DNA of 53,845 nucleotides, counting the filler, from Jimgerdemannia flammicorona (Eukaryota): NCBI GenBank assembly GCA_003990765.1. It is 2 parts of 2 records of this genome, joined end to end, with 100 filler letters (N's around TTAATTAATTAA, not from the genome) between each part and the next. Parts side by side here need not be neighbours in the genome. Positions count along the whole stretch, not along the records: positions 1 to 26,875 come from RBNJ01000686.1; 1 more part is not named here. One strand, 5' to 3'. Numbering within the stretch: position 1 is the stretch's first letter; every line of letters begins with the position of its first letter. This document shows, piece after piece, positions 11,240 to 24,116 of the stretch. The notes under the pieces are model-generated. The model worked only from the letters and a program-made list of their open reading frames with translations. It had not been told where the DNA came from and ran no database searches. The translations under genes were made by a program, and so were the position numbers.

Positions 11240-14200
11240 GAGAGTGGTAGAGAGACTAAAATCAGAAGTTCTAGTAGTAATGTTAGAGGTTAAGAATTAT
11301 GAGATTGATGCAGATTTAGTGGTAACTGCTGAGCATACTGTTTTCTAATAGAGATAGAGAAATAGATTAATAATCTAGCAGATAGTATATGAGGAGTATA
11401 AGGAGATGATAGAGACCAGAGATGATAAGAAGATAGCTGAGATACTAACTGGATTAGATGCTAAGAAGAATGAAAAGAAGGAAGTAATGATGGAACATAA
11501 TCTGGACATAGTTAGAGAGGAGATAGGTATAGAGTTGTAAAGAGGATGAGACTATTAAGAAATGCTAATTTTTAATAAATAGTATAACTAATATTTTCTC
11601 ATTAAATATGAATGGTCTGAGAGACACTGTGAGTTATTAAAATATTTTTACTTAGTTGAAAGACTTGGAGGTGGATTTTTTTCTAGTATAGAATGTATAC
11701 TGTGAGTAGTGCTTAGAATGAATTAAATTGAATTAATGTCCAATTTAATTCAAAGTCCAATTCAAATCTAATTTTTCAAAATTTAATAACTTGACCAAAA
11801 CCTATTCAAATTTAATGAATTTTTGCTTGTTTAATATACCTTATGATGAAGAATCTAGTATAATAAGGAATATTAAATTTAGATATATTCTATTAAGTTA
11901 TTATATTTTGAATTTAAGATAAATCTTTCAAATTAAAATGGACCCCAATTCAATTCATTTAGAAGTACTAACTATAAGGAAGAATTAGACAGTTAGATAT
12001 AAATAAGAGAATGAGATAGTGTGGCAGTTTTAAGGGATAAGGTGGAAATTCTAGTACAGAAAGGCAAGGGGAAATTGTATGAGATCAGAGGATGGAGAGA
12101 CTGATGATTGGTATAGAAAGAGTAGTGGAGATCAGAGTAGGATCCAGTAGTAGTTAGCTCTTACTACTGTTCAGCTATACAGAGTGATAGAGTAGAGTAG
12201 ATAGAGGGGCTTCTGAACTATAAAGCTCTAGCCAAGACTGGTGTAAATATACTAGAAGGAGACTTTAATATAGTATATGATATGCTGGTAGACAAAACTG
12301 ATAGAGAGAGGGGTGTGAGTGACCATAGTGGAGATATAGATAGTTGAGAGATAGTGGAGCAGCTCAGCTCTCTGATAGATACTAGTAGAGTGGTATGGGG
12401 TGATAGGAGGGTCTATATATACTGGGTGAATGAGTTGGAGATATAGATTGACTGAATTCTGATACTGATTGCTGGGGGCTAGATATATAGAAGATCTTAG
12501 AGATAGAATAGTGCTCTTGGTCTGATCATTGGAGACTATTTGGGTATGACTAGTTTGAGAAGAGTAGTGATGAACCTGAATATTGATATTTCAACTCCAT
12601 CTTATTAAAGAAGAAGAAGTTGTAGGATATATAGATGATAGATAATGAGATAAAGATTGTTTACTAAAAAAGTAAGAGATCCCTAGTGAGAGTCTACTAG
12701 ATGAAGTTAAAGGAAGCTATTAAGTTATATATATTGGGGTAAGGCTAATAGATTTAAAGAGACTCAGCAGAGGTAGTAAGTGAGGTAGGCCTTCTACAGA
12801 ATAGAGATATTGCAGCTAGAGTGGGCAGGAATATTGATACAGAGAGAATATAGAGGATTGGAGACTAGCTAGTCTAGCTAGAAGTAGAGGAGTTGAAGAG
12901 AGTATTGAGAGAGAAAGAAGAGGCTCATATATAGAGTATAACAGCTTAGCTATGGTGGCAGAGACTTGAGGAAGATGAGAGATCAACTAAGTATCTATCT
13001 AGACTTCTTCAGATAAAGGAAGATGAGACAACAATAGAATGAGATGCTTGATAAGAAGAGTACTCTAGTAAATGAGATGTAGAAAATCTTGAGTTTATTA
13101 ATAGATAAATAGAGAGATCTGTAGAGTGAGAAAGAAAGAAGTTCTGATGAGAGAGTGATTGAATACTCTCTGGAAAATTAGTACTCTCTATAGGTTAATA
13201 GTCTTGGAGATTTAGTTTGGTCAGTTCAGAAAGATGAATTTTGAGTATCTTATTAGATATAAAATAGAGTACAGCTTCCAGTGAGGACAGCCTACCTTGG
13301 AATTTTTGAAAAAAGATAATAGAAGTCTCAAGGGTCTTAGTGGAGATAACAGTATTGTACAACTTAGTCCTTATATCTAGAGAGTGGGTTGGGGGTCAAG
13401 ATTTCAGTCTAGTGATACTACTTTATAAAAATAGAGACAAGAGGGAAGATTGGAAGAACTGGAGGCTAATTATACTCCTAGATATAAACAGAAAATTAGT
13501 CATAAAGATAATTGTTATAAGGTTGTAAAAGATAGCTCAACAGATGTTGAGAGTTAAACAGAGGGACTTTATTAGTAATAGGCTAATAAGGAACAGAATG
13601 ACCTGAGTTTATGGCATAATTGAGGGGGTAAGAACTAGTGGACTGAATAGCTAGTTAGTCTTTCTGAATCAGAAGAAGGTCTATGATCAAGTATGAGAAG
13701 GTGTTGAAGAAGATTGATATCTCTCACTAATTTTAGATATTGATAATTAGTATTTTAGAAAACAGCTGGGCAGTAATCTTATATAATAGACATTATAGTA
13801 TCTCATTCTCATTAGAGAGAAGAGTTCTCCAGGGAGACCTACTGTCTTCTATTCTGTATATACTATTATTAGAGCTATTGATGAATAGAATTTACTATAG
13901 AGTATTAGAGCTTTCAGTTTTAAAAATTGTCTAGAAGATTGGGATCTTTGCAGATAATATAGTAGTGAAACTTAGTTTTATTAATAATGTTAGTGAGCTG
14001 AAGGCTGCTGTTGACTGATATGAGGAGTGCTCTGAGGCTAAGCTCAACTAGTATAAGTATGAGATAATGATACTAAAAAATAATTTAGTAAGTAGAGATA
14101 TTATTAGTACTATTGTCCCTACTGAAGAGATGGTATAGTATATATATATATATCTGAGTATATTTTTATCAGTATATGGATCTGTCTTATCCAGAGTATG

Positions 14201-14288
14201 GTGGAAAAGGAAGATAGTAGAATAGAGGAAGACTCTTCAGAGTTGGGGAGAATATTATATTTTTCTTATCAGATAGGTGTTAATTCTT
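11240..14288 (+). mobile_element. Degenerate L1/Tx1-like LINE (ORF1 end, APE endonuclease, RT)
   Basis: EGDFNIV, WSDH, NWRLIILL, QEKVYD-like, VLQGDLLS, FADN; colinear with the LINE at ~49870-52655. Confidence 0.9.
11707..11970. mobile_element. hAT-type MITE inserted in the LINE endonuclease region
   Basis: TIRs TAGTGCTTAGAATGAATT / AATTCATTTAGAAGTACTA; 8-bp TSD ACTGTGAG vs ACTATAAG (two G/A transitions); absent from other LINE copies (~50340, ~45590). Confidence 0.82.
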
Positions 14289-14294
14289 ATCTCT

Positions 14295-14505
14295 TAGTCT
14301 ATATTGTAGTCAAATTTGGCTACAAAAATCAACTATATCAAAAATATGAAATAAAAATAAATTGTAAAAATTAATTTACTATAAAAAAAAATAATTTTTT
14401 TTATTAGCTTTTATATATTTTCTTTAATTTTTTTTTATTTTAATTTTATATTAAATATTAAGTCAAAAAAAATTTATAGCCAAATTTAGCTATATTTTAA
14501 TACTA
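14295..14505. mobile_element. Possible MITE with palindromic subterminal motif
   Basis: GTAGTCAAATTTGGCTAC near the left end and ATAGCCAAATTTAGCTAT near the right; TAG..CTA ends; no TSD found. Confidence 0.45.
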
Positions 14506-14530
14506 TTTAAGGAATAACATTCTTCTACTC

Positions 14531-14535
<5 letters not shown>

Positions 14536-14575
<40 letters not shown>

Positions 14576-15750
14576 TTTTATAGACTCAGAGTCCTGTAGA
14601 TTTTTATTGGAAGGAAACCTAGACTATATAGGCCAAACCCCTTCTCCACTACCTATCAAGCACTACTCTCTTATTAACCTAGGCTAGCTATTGTCTAGCA
14701 GCTTGACTATGCTAGGTATAGCAGGGCCTATAGTGACCTATATCTCATTCTACATATACCATGCTCTCTCTACTATCAGGAGGAACTCAGCCATATACTA
14801 ATGACCAAAAGGGTATACTGGAAATCCCAATGTATATATAAGGCTATGCTCGAGCAAAATAGAATAGCTCCTGCCACTCCAAGGAGAATGATAGGCATAG
14901 AAAAACTCTCATTAAAGTATATTATAGTAGATAAGACCTAGTTCTCCCAGATGAGATAAGTAAAGGACTTATATGTGAGGCAGGAGGAGATCCCCAATAC
15001 CCTACTACTCAAGCCTGTAGGCCTCAATCATATTGCCATATCAGCTCCTAGTTCTAGTTAAGTATAGCTAAGATATCTAAAATGAGTAGCCTTGTGCCCT
15101 CTAATCCCCTCTAATGACCGAGACCTAACCCTACATATTGCCAAAAGAAGCTATGAGTGACACCTACTATCTAACCACTCTGTACCAATCAAAAAGCCCC
15201 ACTAAAGCAGTACCTACCTTAGCTCCAATGACTGCCCTCAGCCTAGTACTCTACTGGTTTACTATTATTACCCTTTCTCTTATCTGTGATGACTATCTCT
15301 TCTCTCATCCTGATAATACCTGAAAAACAGTCACCTATGTTAGAACCATACTTACCAGGAAGCTTGCCAAAGCCAGAGGGCCCCACTATAGGTACCAAGA
15401 ACCTACAGATAACCTATACTAGACATTTGATGCCTAAGGTCAGCTGACTTCCTATATAACCTATAATATACTGAGACAACATCTAGTTGGCAATAGCAAA
15501 AGGAAGAAGGCACTATACTAAAATGAGTATATCCCAGATATAGCCAAAGGCACTAGAAACTGTGAAAAAGTAGAGAAGACACTGATTGGATACTGATAAA
15601 AAGGTAACTCATCACTATTGCCTCTCTCCCACTGCTCTGCAACAGGTATAGCAAACCAACCTGAGATAGAGGGGGTATTAATTGTGGAAAGTGGACTCAG
15701 AAGATTGCCTACCAAACTGTTGTGACTGGTAAGATAGCAGAGAAAGGGGT
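14536..15750 (-). mobile_element. 5'-truncated LINE of a second family with poly(A) and TSD
   Basis: Poly(T) 14536-14574; TSD ATTCTTCTACTC(T/C)CTC-type at 14519-14535 and 15751-15767; minus strand reads SCLTYKSFTYLIWE, resembling a LINE C-terminal zinc finger. Confidence 0.8.
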
Positions 15751-15767
15751 ATTCTTCTACTCTCCTC

Positions 15768-17150
15768 CTTTAACTCTAACTAATATATCAGATTGTTTAC
15801 TCTATCTAATAATTCCAAAACATTCTTTACTCTAGTTCTCAAAGTTCTCCTATCTATATACTCCAATATTCTGAATAAATATCAAATTATAGTACTGAAC
15901 TTTCAACTACTAAAATAGATTTTATCTTTTTATACTATCTTTTAGATTATTAATATTAAGTAATAGAATTTATAGATCTTGTATAATAAATAAATAAAAG
16001 TTGAGATATCATTAGTCATAGCTACTATCTTTTTTATTCTTATCTTTCAGATATTCTTACTATTTGTATTTTCATAAAACTTATCTATATACTCTACTAC
16101 AGTCTTTTTGATTTCTACTATTTGAGTCTCATCTATCTCATACCTCTTATTTTTCAAGAGTATGACTACTATAATTATTACTAATTTCTATTCCTAAAAT
16201 ATAATATTGAGAAATCTTATCTACTTCTCCTGTATATTATTGAATATATTCACCTTCTAATATTCTCTTTTACTAGCTTCTCTAGTACTATCTTGAACTA
16301 CTTAGCTTCTGAGAACTTTCTGAGTACTAATATCAAAGGTCTTAGAGTTCTGCTCAACTGCTAAAGTACCTTTCTGTCTACTGATATATATGTATATATA
16401 TCTAATATAATCTCTACTAAGTCATTCTTCTTATCAGTCTTTATCAACTTATATATATAACTATCTCACTAGTCTCAGAGTCTCACTACTCTCAGATCTT
16501 ACCTCAAGTATCTCACTATTTCAATCTTGATCCCTCTGATGATCAGACTCTTCTTAAAGGCTACCACTATCTTCTCTTTCTCTATAAATCCAATCTCTAC
16601 TATCTCTACTAATAGAATAAACTTCAAAAACTTAGTTCTCTTAATATTCTTACTCACTATCTTAAAAACCTCTCTAGCAGATAACTCTAGATCTAAGAAG
16701 TTTATTAAAACTACTTATATTAATACTAATTTATAAAAGAAGAACCTCACTACTAACTCTTCTAAGCTTACTACTAGTAGAACTCTCTTTTAACTCTCTA
16801 TCACTCCAGTAGTTACTCTCTTAGCTATACTATTACTAGTTATATTTCTTTCTCTAGCCATCAGCCTAGCCTTAGAAATATCAGTCATACTTCTCTGTCT
16901 CTAACCTCTACTTGATATCTGACCTATTATCTGACTTTTCTCTCAATCAATACTATGTATACTCCCCCCTCTCTACTATTATAGATCTGATAGTTTTCCT
17001 CTTTTTATCTACTATAGTATATTACTTCTCTATATTCTCTCTCTTTTCTAATATCTTTCTACTTCTCTCAATACTCTCAGTATTAACTATAGTAGTAAAC
17101 TTCCAAGCAATCTCAGTCCAGATCTCCTCTTCTTCAACTTCTTAGAGTCT
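15768..17150 (-). mobile_element. Degenerate LINE ORF1 / 5' region
   Basis: Reverse complement resembles ORF1 of the LINE at ~48250-49300 (16840-16890 vs 48370-48420). Confidence 0.6.
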
Positions 17151-17450
17151 GTTAATTTTTAACTTATTGTTTCTCTTAAATCTAATAAATTTTAATAAAA
17201 CTAGTACTAAATAAAAAGTAGACTTATACTACATCTGGTATACTAAAGTAAATGAAGTAAAAATTATTTTTTTACAAAAGAATATACTTGTGGCTTAGCT
17301 CTCTCTAAATAGTTCAAGTAAAAGACTTATTTTTTAACTTCTTATTCATATTTTATTTTCTTATTTATATTTTAATCTCTTATTTATATTTTGATTTTTT
17401 GTCATAGTTTAGGTTATATATAAAGTTTATATCTATAAAAAATAGTATGA

Positions 17451-20127
17451 TGTATAATATGAAATAGAATTAAGAATCAGGAGAATAGATATTTAATTAT
17501 AGTATCTAAATTCAATCTTCTGTCTTTACTATAGATATTATATCTAAAATATTATCAGTGAAACTGTTGTTACTTTCACAAACTTCAGATAGGATTTCAT
17601 ATAAAATTCTACCTGAGATATAGATGGAATTCTACTGGGAATTTCACATGAAAAGACTTGATACTTAGCTATATATTTAGTAGCAGAATTAGTATACAAA
17701 TCTATATAAATAACCCAGTATTTTAGAGTAAATAAAGTCAGTATAGTTAGTTCAATTCCAAAAAACAAATCTTCTTTATATATTCTTTCTCTTTTATATA
17801 AAATTCTACCAACTTACTAAGACTTATGTCCACTATATTATAACTTAGTACCCATTGACTAGTGATTTAAGATAAATTCTCACTTTTAAGCTAAAAAACA
17901 AATAACTACCACTATCCAATTTTGAAGACATACAGATTGCCATACGACTATTACATTATATATAGTATTTGTTTATACCATTTGCTGTTAATTGGTTATT
18001 CTAGTTGTCAGCTTTGTTTCTGTGAACTATCAGTATTGAACAATAGATACTCTGTAAAGGACTGCATTGTTGAGTTAATAGCCAGATAACTCCTTAGTTT
18101 GAGAGATAATATTATAAGAATTAATTACTAAAAAAATAACAAATGAACTATGATAAATAACTATTATATAGACCACCACTGCCACCTGATTTTGAAAAAG
18201 ACAAATAAACTATTATATAGACCACCATCCAAAGAAAACTACTGTATAAACTACTACTATTTAAATTTTGAAGATATTGTTCATCTCTATACTATTTATT
18301 ATTAATTGGTTGTTCTAGTTATTAGCCTTGTTTCTATAAACTATCAGTATTGAACAATAGATACTTTACAAAAGACTGTATTATTGAGTTAATAACCAGG
18401 TCCTTCTTAGTTCAAGAGATAACATTATAAGAATTAATTATTAAATATATCAAACAAACTACTATTCCAAATAGACTGCTATATAGACTACTATTCAAAA
18501 AAATACTACTGTATAAACCACTGCTACCCAAATTTTGAAGAGATTATTTGTCTACACCATCTGCTATTAATTAGTTGTTCTAGTTATCAGTTTTATTTCT
18601 ATGAACTACCAGTATTGAACAATAGACACTTTGCAAAAGACTATATCATTGAGTTAATAGCCAGGTTGCTTCTTAGTTTGAGAGACAATGTTATAAGAAC
18701 TAATTATCAAAAATACTGAATAAACTACTATATGAATGAACTACTATATAGACTATCACTCAACTAAAAGATATTATATATAAACTATCTGAGTAAAGAA
18801 TGCCATCTGACTTTTAATGATATATATATAAATGAACTACTATAGAGAATTAAAAATATTGTATATAAACTGCCCAAGATAATATATGAATAGACTACTC
18901 TAGAGAGTTGCAGACATTATATATAAACTACTCAAGTGAAGAATACTGTCTAACTTTTGAAGATATTGTTATTCAACTCTTAATGACATATGAATAGACT
19001 ACTATAGAGAATAAAAGACATTATATACCAACTATCTGAGTTAATTATTTAAAGAATATTATCTATTATACAAACCACTGCCTAACTAAAGATATCATAT
19101 ATGAACTATCTAAGTAAAGAATGCTGCCTGGCTTTTTGAAGATACCATCATCTGACTTTTGACAATATATATATAAATGGACCACTATAGAGAATTAAAA
19201 GACATTATATATAAATCACCTGAGATAATATATGAATGGATTACTATGGAGAATAAAAGATATTTTATACAAACTACCTAAGTTAATTATTTAAAGAATA
19301 CTATCCATTATACAAACTATGTATCACCTAACTAAAGACATTATATATAAACTATCTAAGTTAATTATTTGAAGAATACTATCTGACATATGAATACTGT
19401 AAGATACAAACTACCACCCAATATACAAATAGACTGATACCATTATCTGACTTTTGAAAATAAGCTGTCATCCAATTTTTGAATCTGATTTTGAAGATAC
19501 TATTATCTGACTTTTGATAACATATGTATTACTATCTGAATTAATTATTTGAAGACTTTATTGGGATCTTGAAAAGTATTCTGATAACTACTTGGATATA
19601 ATATTATAAATAAGTCTATATAGGGGGAACAAATATATAAATATTATAATGTAGAAATTTGAATAGGTATTTTTGTATTAAAAATAACCTATTTAGAGAA
19701 AAGATATGATATATAGTATGAAATAGAAATAAGAATCAGAAGAATAGACATTTGATTATAATATATACTTGAATCTAATTTCCTGATTTATTATAGTATA
19801 GAAATTACCTTTACTATAGATATTATATCTAAAACATTATCAGTAAAACTATTGTTACTTTTATGAACTTTAGATAGAATTTCATATGAGATTCTACCTG
19901 AGATATAAATGTAATTTTGCTGGAAATTTTACATGAAAAGACTTGATACTTAGCTGCATATTTAGTAGCAAAATTAGCATAAAAATCTGTATAAATAACC
20001 CAGTATTTTAGAGTGAATAAAGTCAGTACAGTCAGTTCAATTCCAAAAAACAAGTTTTCTTTATATATTTTTTCTCCTTTATATAAAATTCTACCAACTT
20101 ACTAAAACTTATATCTACTATATTACA
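17451..20127 (+). mobile_element. Non-autonomous LTR element (TRIM/LARD-like)
   Basis: Direct repeats 17451-17842 and 19710-20127 (TGTATA..TATTACA consensus); PBS-like ACTTAGTACCCATTGACT after the first; purine tract GAGAAAAGA before the second; no gag/pol motifs seen inside. Confidence 0.85.
17960..18760 (+). repeat. Three tandem ~290 bp units inside the non-autonomous element; shorter repeats continue to ~19560
   Basis: Core CAGTATTGAACAATAGA..TTGAGTTAATA recurs at ~18030, ~18345 and ~18610. Confidence 0.85.
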
Positions 20128-20879
20128 ATAGTTAAGTTAGTAATAAATTCTTATTAATAATACTTTATAATTTATAAATTTTTAATAAATATATCTAAAA
20201 TTATTTTTTATTTATTTATATAATATAGTCTAACTTATATAATAACTCTAGTAATTAATATCAGTTTTCTTTATTAAAAAAATATATATATATTTTAAGA
20301 GATTAGAGAGTTCTAAGAAATAAATAACTATTTTAAATAATAGATATCTAGAGTTTAAGTTAAAAAATAAAAAAACTTTATTAATAAATTAAGTTTAAGA
20401 CTAAGAATTCAGAAATATAATAAGAATAAAGTTTAGAAATAATTTTTAATATAAATATTTAAAATTTAATTAAAATAATTATTTTCTAAATTAAAAATAA
20501 GATAAATAATTTTTATAATATATATATTAAAAAGGAACTTTATCTAAAAAACTACTATCAAATTGGGAGGGACTGGTAGGGGACTTTATATATAAGCGCA
20601 CAACCTCCAAGCCACTGAAATTACATGTCACCCTCTGAACAAGCCACTGAAATCACATGCGACCTCTGAACAAATCTGGAAATCACCTGCTTGATCACAA
20701 AGCTGAGTCAAACTGAAGTCACAGCACACAAAGCTGAGTCAATACAAAGTCACAGAACACAAGATTTATACAAACGGAATCTTACCAATCAGGACCAAAT
20801 GCATATATACCGAGCACTAAGATACATCAAATCAAGAGAACCAAAACAAACAACAACCACAACTTCCAAACACACAAAC

Positions 20880-23692
20880 ATGACCACCGAGATCTATACC
20901 CACATCCGCGCTGACATTTGGAATGCCATTGTCAACCAAGCTACACCCCCTCTGCCCCTTATGAATATCCATAGCCTAGCACCCCTCTACTTCGTGGAAG
21001 CCCAATGGAATGCTCTGAACATGCTTAGCGAGGCCCACCAAATCAGACAAATTTCAAGCTACTACTAGATTGGCTGCCTCCTAGAAGACATGGTCAAATA
21101 CCACCATGATACAGACATTACCCAGATGTCTCAACACTAGAAGCTCATCGCCCGCAAACATTGAGAACTCTTCTATGAGTACAGTACCATTATTCCCCGC
21201 CTCCGAGTTACTACCAGCGAAATGGTTGCTACTCTGTCCTATGGCCAAATCGATAACATGATATAAGAACTCAACCACAAGTACCTTAAGTATGTCGAAA
21301 CCACAGACAGAACCTTTCCACACCCCAATGATCAAATCCTGCAAATGCCCCAAGTTGGATACGCCATGAAGGACATCTATTTTTTTTTTTTTTTTTTTTT
21401 TTATAGTCACTTGGACTCCACCTTTATTACCAGTCTATGAATAAATATACATCATTTCGACCCACTATCCAATCCCCACAGGGGGGCCCCTCCCTACTTC
21501 CTCATGAATGAAAATCACCCTTTCACCAACTACCCCCACTCTCCCCCCACTTTGCCTACAGATTTTCTCCACCAAGTGGTGCCTCCGACCACCCCGCATC
21601 CCCCAACCCAGCCACCAGCCTGTTAAGGTATCTTCCATAAGCCTATGCCATCACAGCAGCTGGTTCCAAGCTCTGCCTCCTCCCATCCTCAAAAACAAAT
21701 AGTCAATGACTGGCCAGCCCCACCCAAATTGCCAAAGCCCAACCTAAAGTAAGCCACTCCTTCCCTATCCCCCCTACCAATCTAACCCTCAAGTCCTCCC
21801 ATTGCCTCCGTACTTCATCACTCCTACCCCGTACCCCTAAGCAATCCCCAATTGTCTGCCAAAATTCCCCCAACACCTCACACTCTCCTAGCCAATGTTC
21901 TGGCATCTGTATATAACCCCCCTCCTGCCCTACATTATGGCACTCCTCACAGTTGAAGCAACCCCCTACAACCAGGTGCCCTGAGCGAAAATTGAGTATA
22001 ACATTTCTCCGCAGCATGTGCCACCAGACCACCCAGTACTTTGGTGGCAGCCATGCTCTCACTGCAGTGCTCCAGGTCCAAATACTCTGCCAGTTCCACT
22101 CTTTGCCAATTCCAACTCCTTGCCAACCACTAGGTCACAGATCCTGGCCTGGTCCCCTTTGGCATTCCATTCTATCACCAATGTCGAACTCAACTAAAGG
22201 AGCACCACCTAGTAGTATGTGGTCCCATCTCTACATCGCCGGGTCCCAATCCTCCTCACCTTCATTCCCCTGCCAACAAATACCAATGCAGTGTACTCCT
22301 TCTGCAATTCCCCACCAAAATCCTTTATATCATAGTTGGGCAGTGTTCTGAAGCCCAACCAAGGAGAGGAGATCACCAGTTGAGCCCCTTGGCGATGCCC
22401 ACCTCTCCCATAACTTCTGTAACAGAGGAACCCATCCACCTCCTCTCAACTCCACCGCCCTCTTCAGCCACCATGCTCTCAAGCAGTGTAACCATTTTGG
22501 GAAGTCAACCAGCCCAAGACCACCTCTTGCCACTAGTAGGGACAAGGTCTCCCAACTAATCTGACTCCGCCTGCCAGCCCAAATCTATCCCTTCGCTGAC
22601 TTCATCAATCTCTTCACTACTCAGGCTGGGAAGTCCAGATGATATGCCAGGTACCACAACTTTGGCAGCCAGTAGACATTCAAAATCAAGACCCACCCTG
22701 CCAGAGAAAAATGTCTTCCCCCCCAACTCCGCAGAGTCTCCTCCCAGATTCCAATCCTCTGCTCCCACCAAAGCTTGGGCAGAACTGACCCATAGACTGA
22801 CAAGTAGATACCCAAGTACTGCACTGCTTCACTGGTGGGGACAATTGTTCCTATAACCTCCCCTCCCACCAGGCTGTTACCAAGCACCATCGTCTCACAC
22901 TTATGCCAATTTAGCTTAGCTCCAGAATGCTCCTCATACCACTCCATAGTCCTCTTGAGCTCCTCAACATCAGCAATCGAACCCAAGCCCACCACCATGT
23001 CATCAGCAAAGGCCCCAACCTTCCATCCTATGCCAAAGACAGAGAGCCCCACTATCCTCTGCCTAATCCAGTCCATAAGCATGAAGGACATCTACGATAT
23101 AATCCACTTTGATGAAGACAAAGCAGAAGATAACGATCCCTCTGATGCCGACATGACCTCTAGCCAAGGATCTCTGCCAACCCTGATCACTCTACCAACC
23201 TTGCCAATGAACTTACAACAGTTCATAACTACATATGAGACTTATTGGGACAATGACCACTGGCATGAATACCAATCTGCATTCACCCCCGATTACTTCA
23301 ACTACAATGAAGAGACTGGAGAACACAACCTGTACCTTCAGACAACCCTCAAGATCGAATCAACCACTCCACCACCCAAGTATGAGCGACATGAACCACA
23401 GCCACCAGCATACTATAACCCCACAACTCACAGTACCATAACCTATAGAAGGTATGCAGACAGTGAATCCAATGAAAGTGAAGACAATACACCTATCCTT
23501 CGCCCACCAACACCTTATCCAGCATACAAGACAGACGATGCTATCCTGTGGGACAGAGACAAAGTTCCAATGTACTATTACCTCAGCAAACAAGGAGAAG
23601 TAATCCGCGAACCATTATTTCTAGATGACTACTTCATCAGAGATGATGCAATCAATGGTGATGTCATCAAAGACTATCCAGACAGCACCTAA
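20880..23692 (+). pseudogene. ~365-codon accessory ORF of element B, split by a LINE insertion
   Basis: MTTEIYTH..TPPLPL..IRQISSYY*IGCLLED..LIARKH*ELFYEY..IPRL..YAMKDIY; the frame continues DIIHFDED.. to 23692 once the LINE and one TSD copy are removed. Confidence 0.8.
21380..23079 (-). mobile_element. 5'-truncated L1/Tx1-like LINE (RT C-half, zinc finger, poly(A))
   Basis: Exact 15-bp TSD CATGAAGGACATCTA at 21365-21379 and 23080-23094; poly(T) 21380-21402; GAFADDM, YLGI, CFNCEEC..EHWLGEC; same family as 48190-53845. Confidence 0.96.
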
Positions 23693-24116
23693 ACCCATAA
23701 ATAGCCTAACAGTCATAGTATAGTTAGATTAGCCTTATACAATGTAACTGTGAACTGACTCAGCAGTCAGACGATCTCTTGACATGTCAGATCACACTTG
23801 TACTATATGACTGCATTCCGACTCAGCAAAGCACTTAGTGCTATATCCATATTCAGCATAGTCCAGATAGCCCCTCACTAGTATAAATATTTCCTCCCCC
23901 AGACCTCAGAATCTCAGACTTGAATACACAAGAACATTCCTGAATACTTCCCCACAAATATCCCTTCACACAAATACTCCTAGTATAGCAATATCATGAA
24001 TAGCGAATAAACCTATTTAATAACCCATAAACTACTCTTAAGTAAATCTGCTCTCTGTTAGGTCCCACTCCTAACCCTATCACGAAATTTCCTAATTGGG
24101 TATTGTCTGTAGCAAT

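Noticed and set aside
17960..19560. CRISPR-like array
   Set aside because: Repeats are long, degenerate and lack unique spacers; eukaryotic context, no cas genes
17544..20053. Duplicated 74-aa ORFs MFFGIELT..
   Set aside because: Antisense frames with TTG starts inside the two LTRs of the non-autonomous element; duplication is explained by the LTRs
20130..20560. Extremely AT-rich tract as origin or regulatory element
   Set aside because: No discernible structure; most simply an end-stage mutated repeat
22835..23692. 285-aa ORF as a standalone gene
   Set aside because: Chimera of LINE antisense (first 82 codons) and the C-terminal part of the interrupted accessory ORF, joined at the TSD
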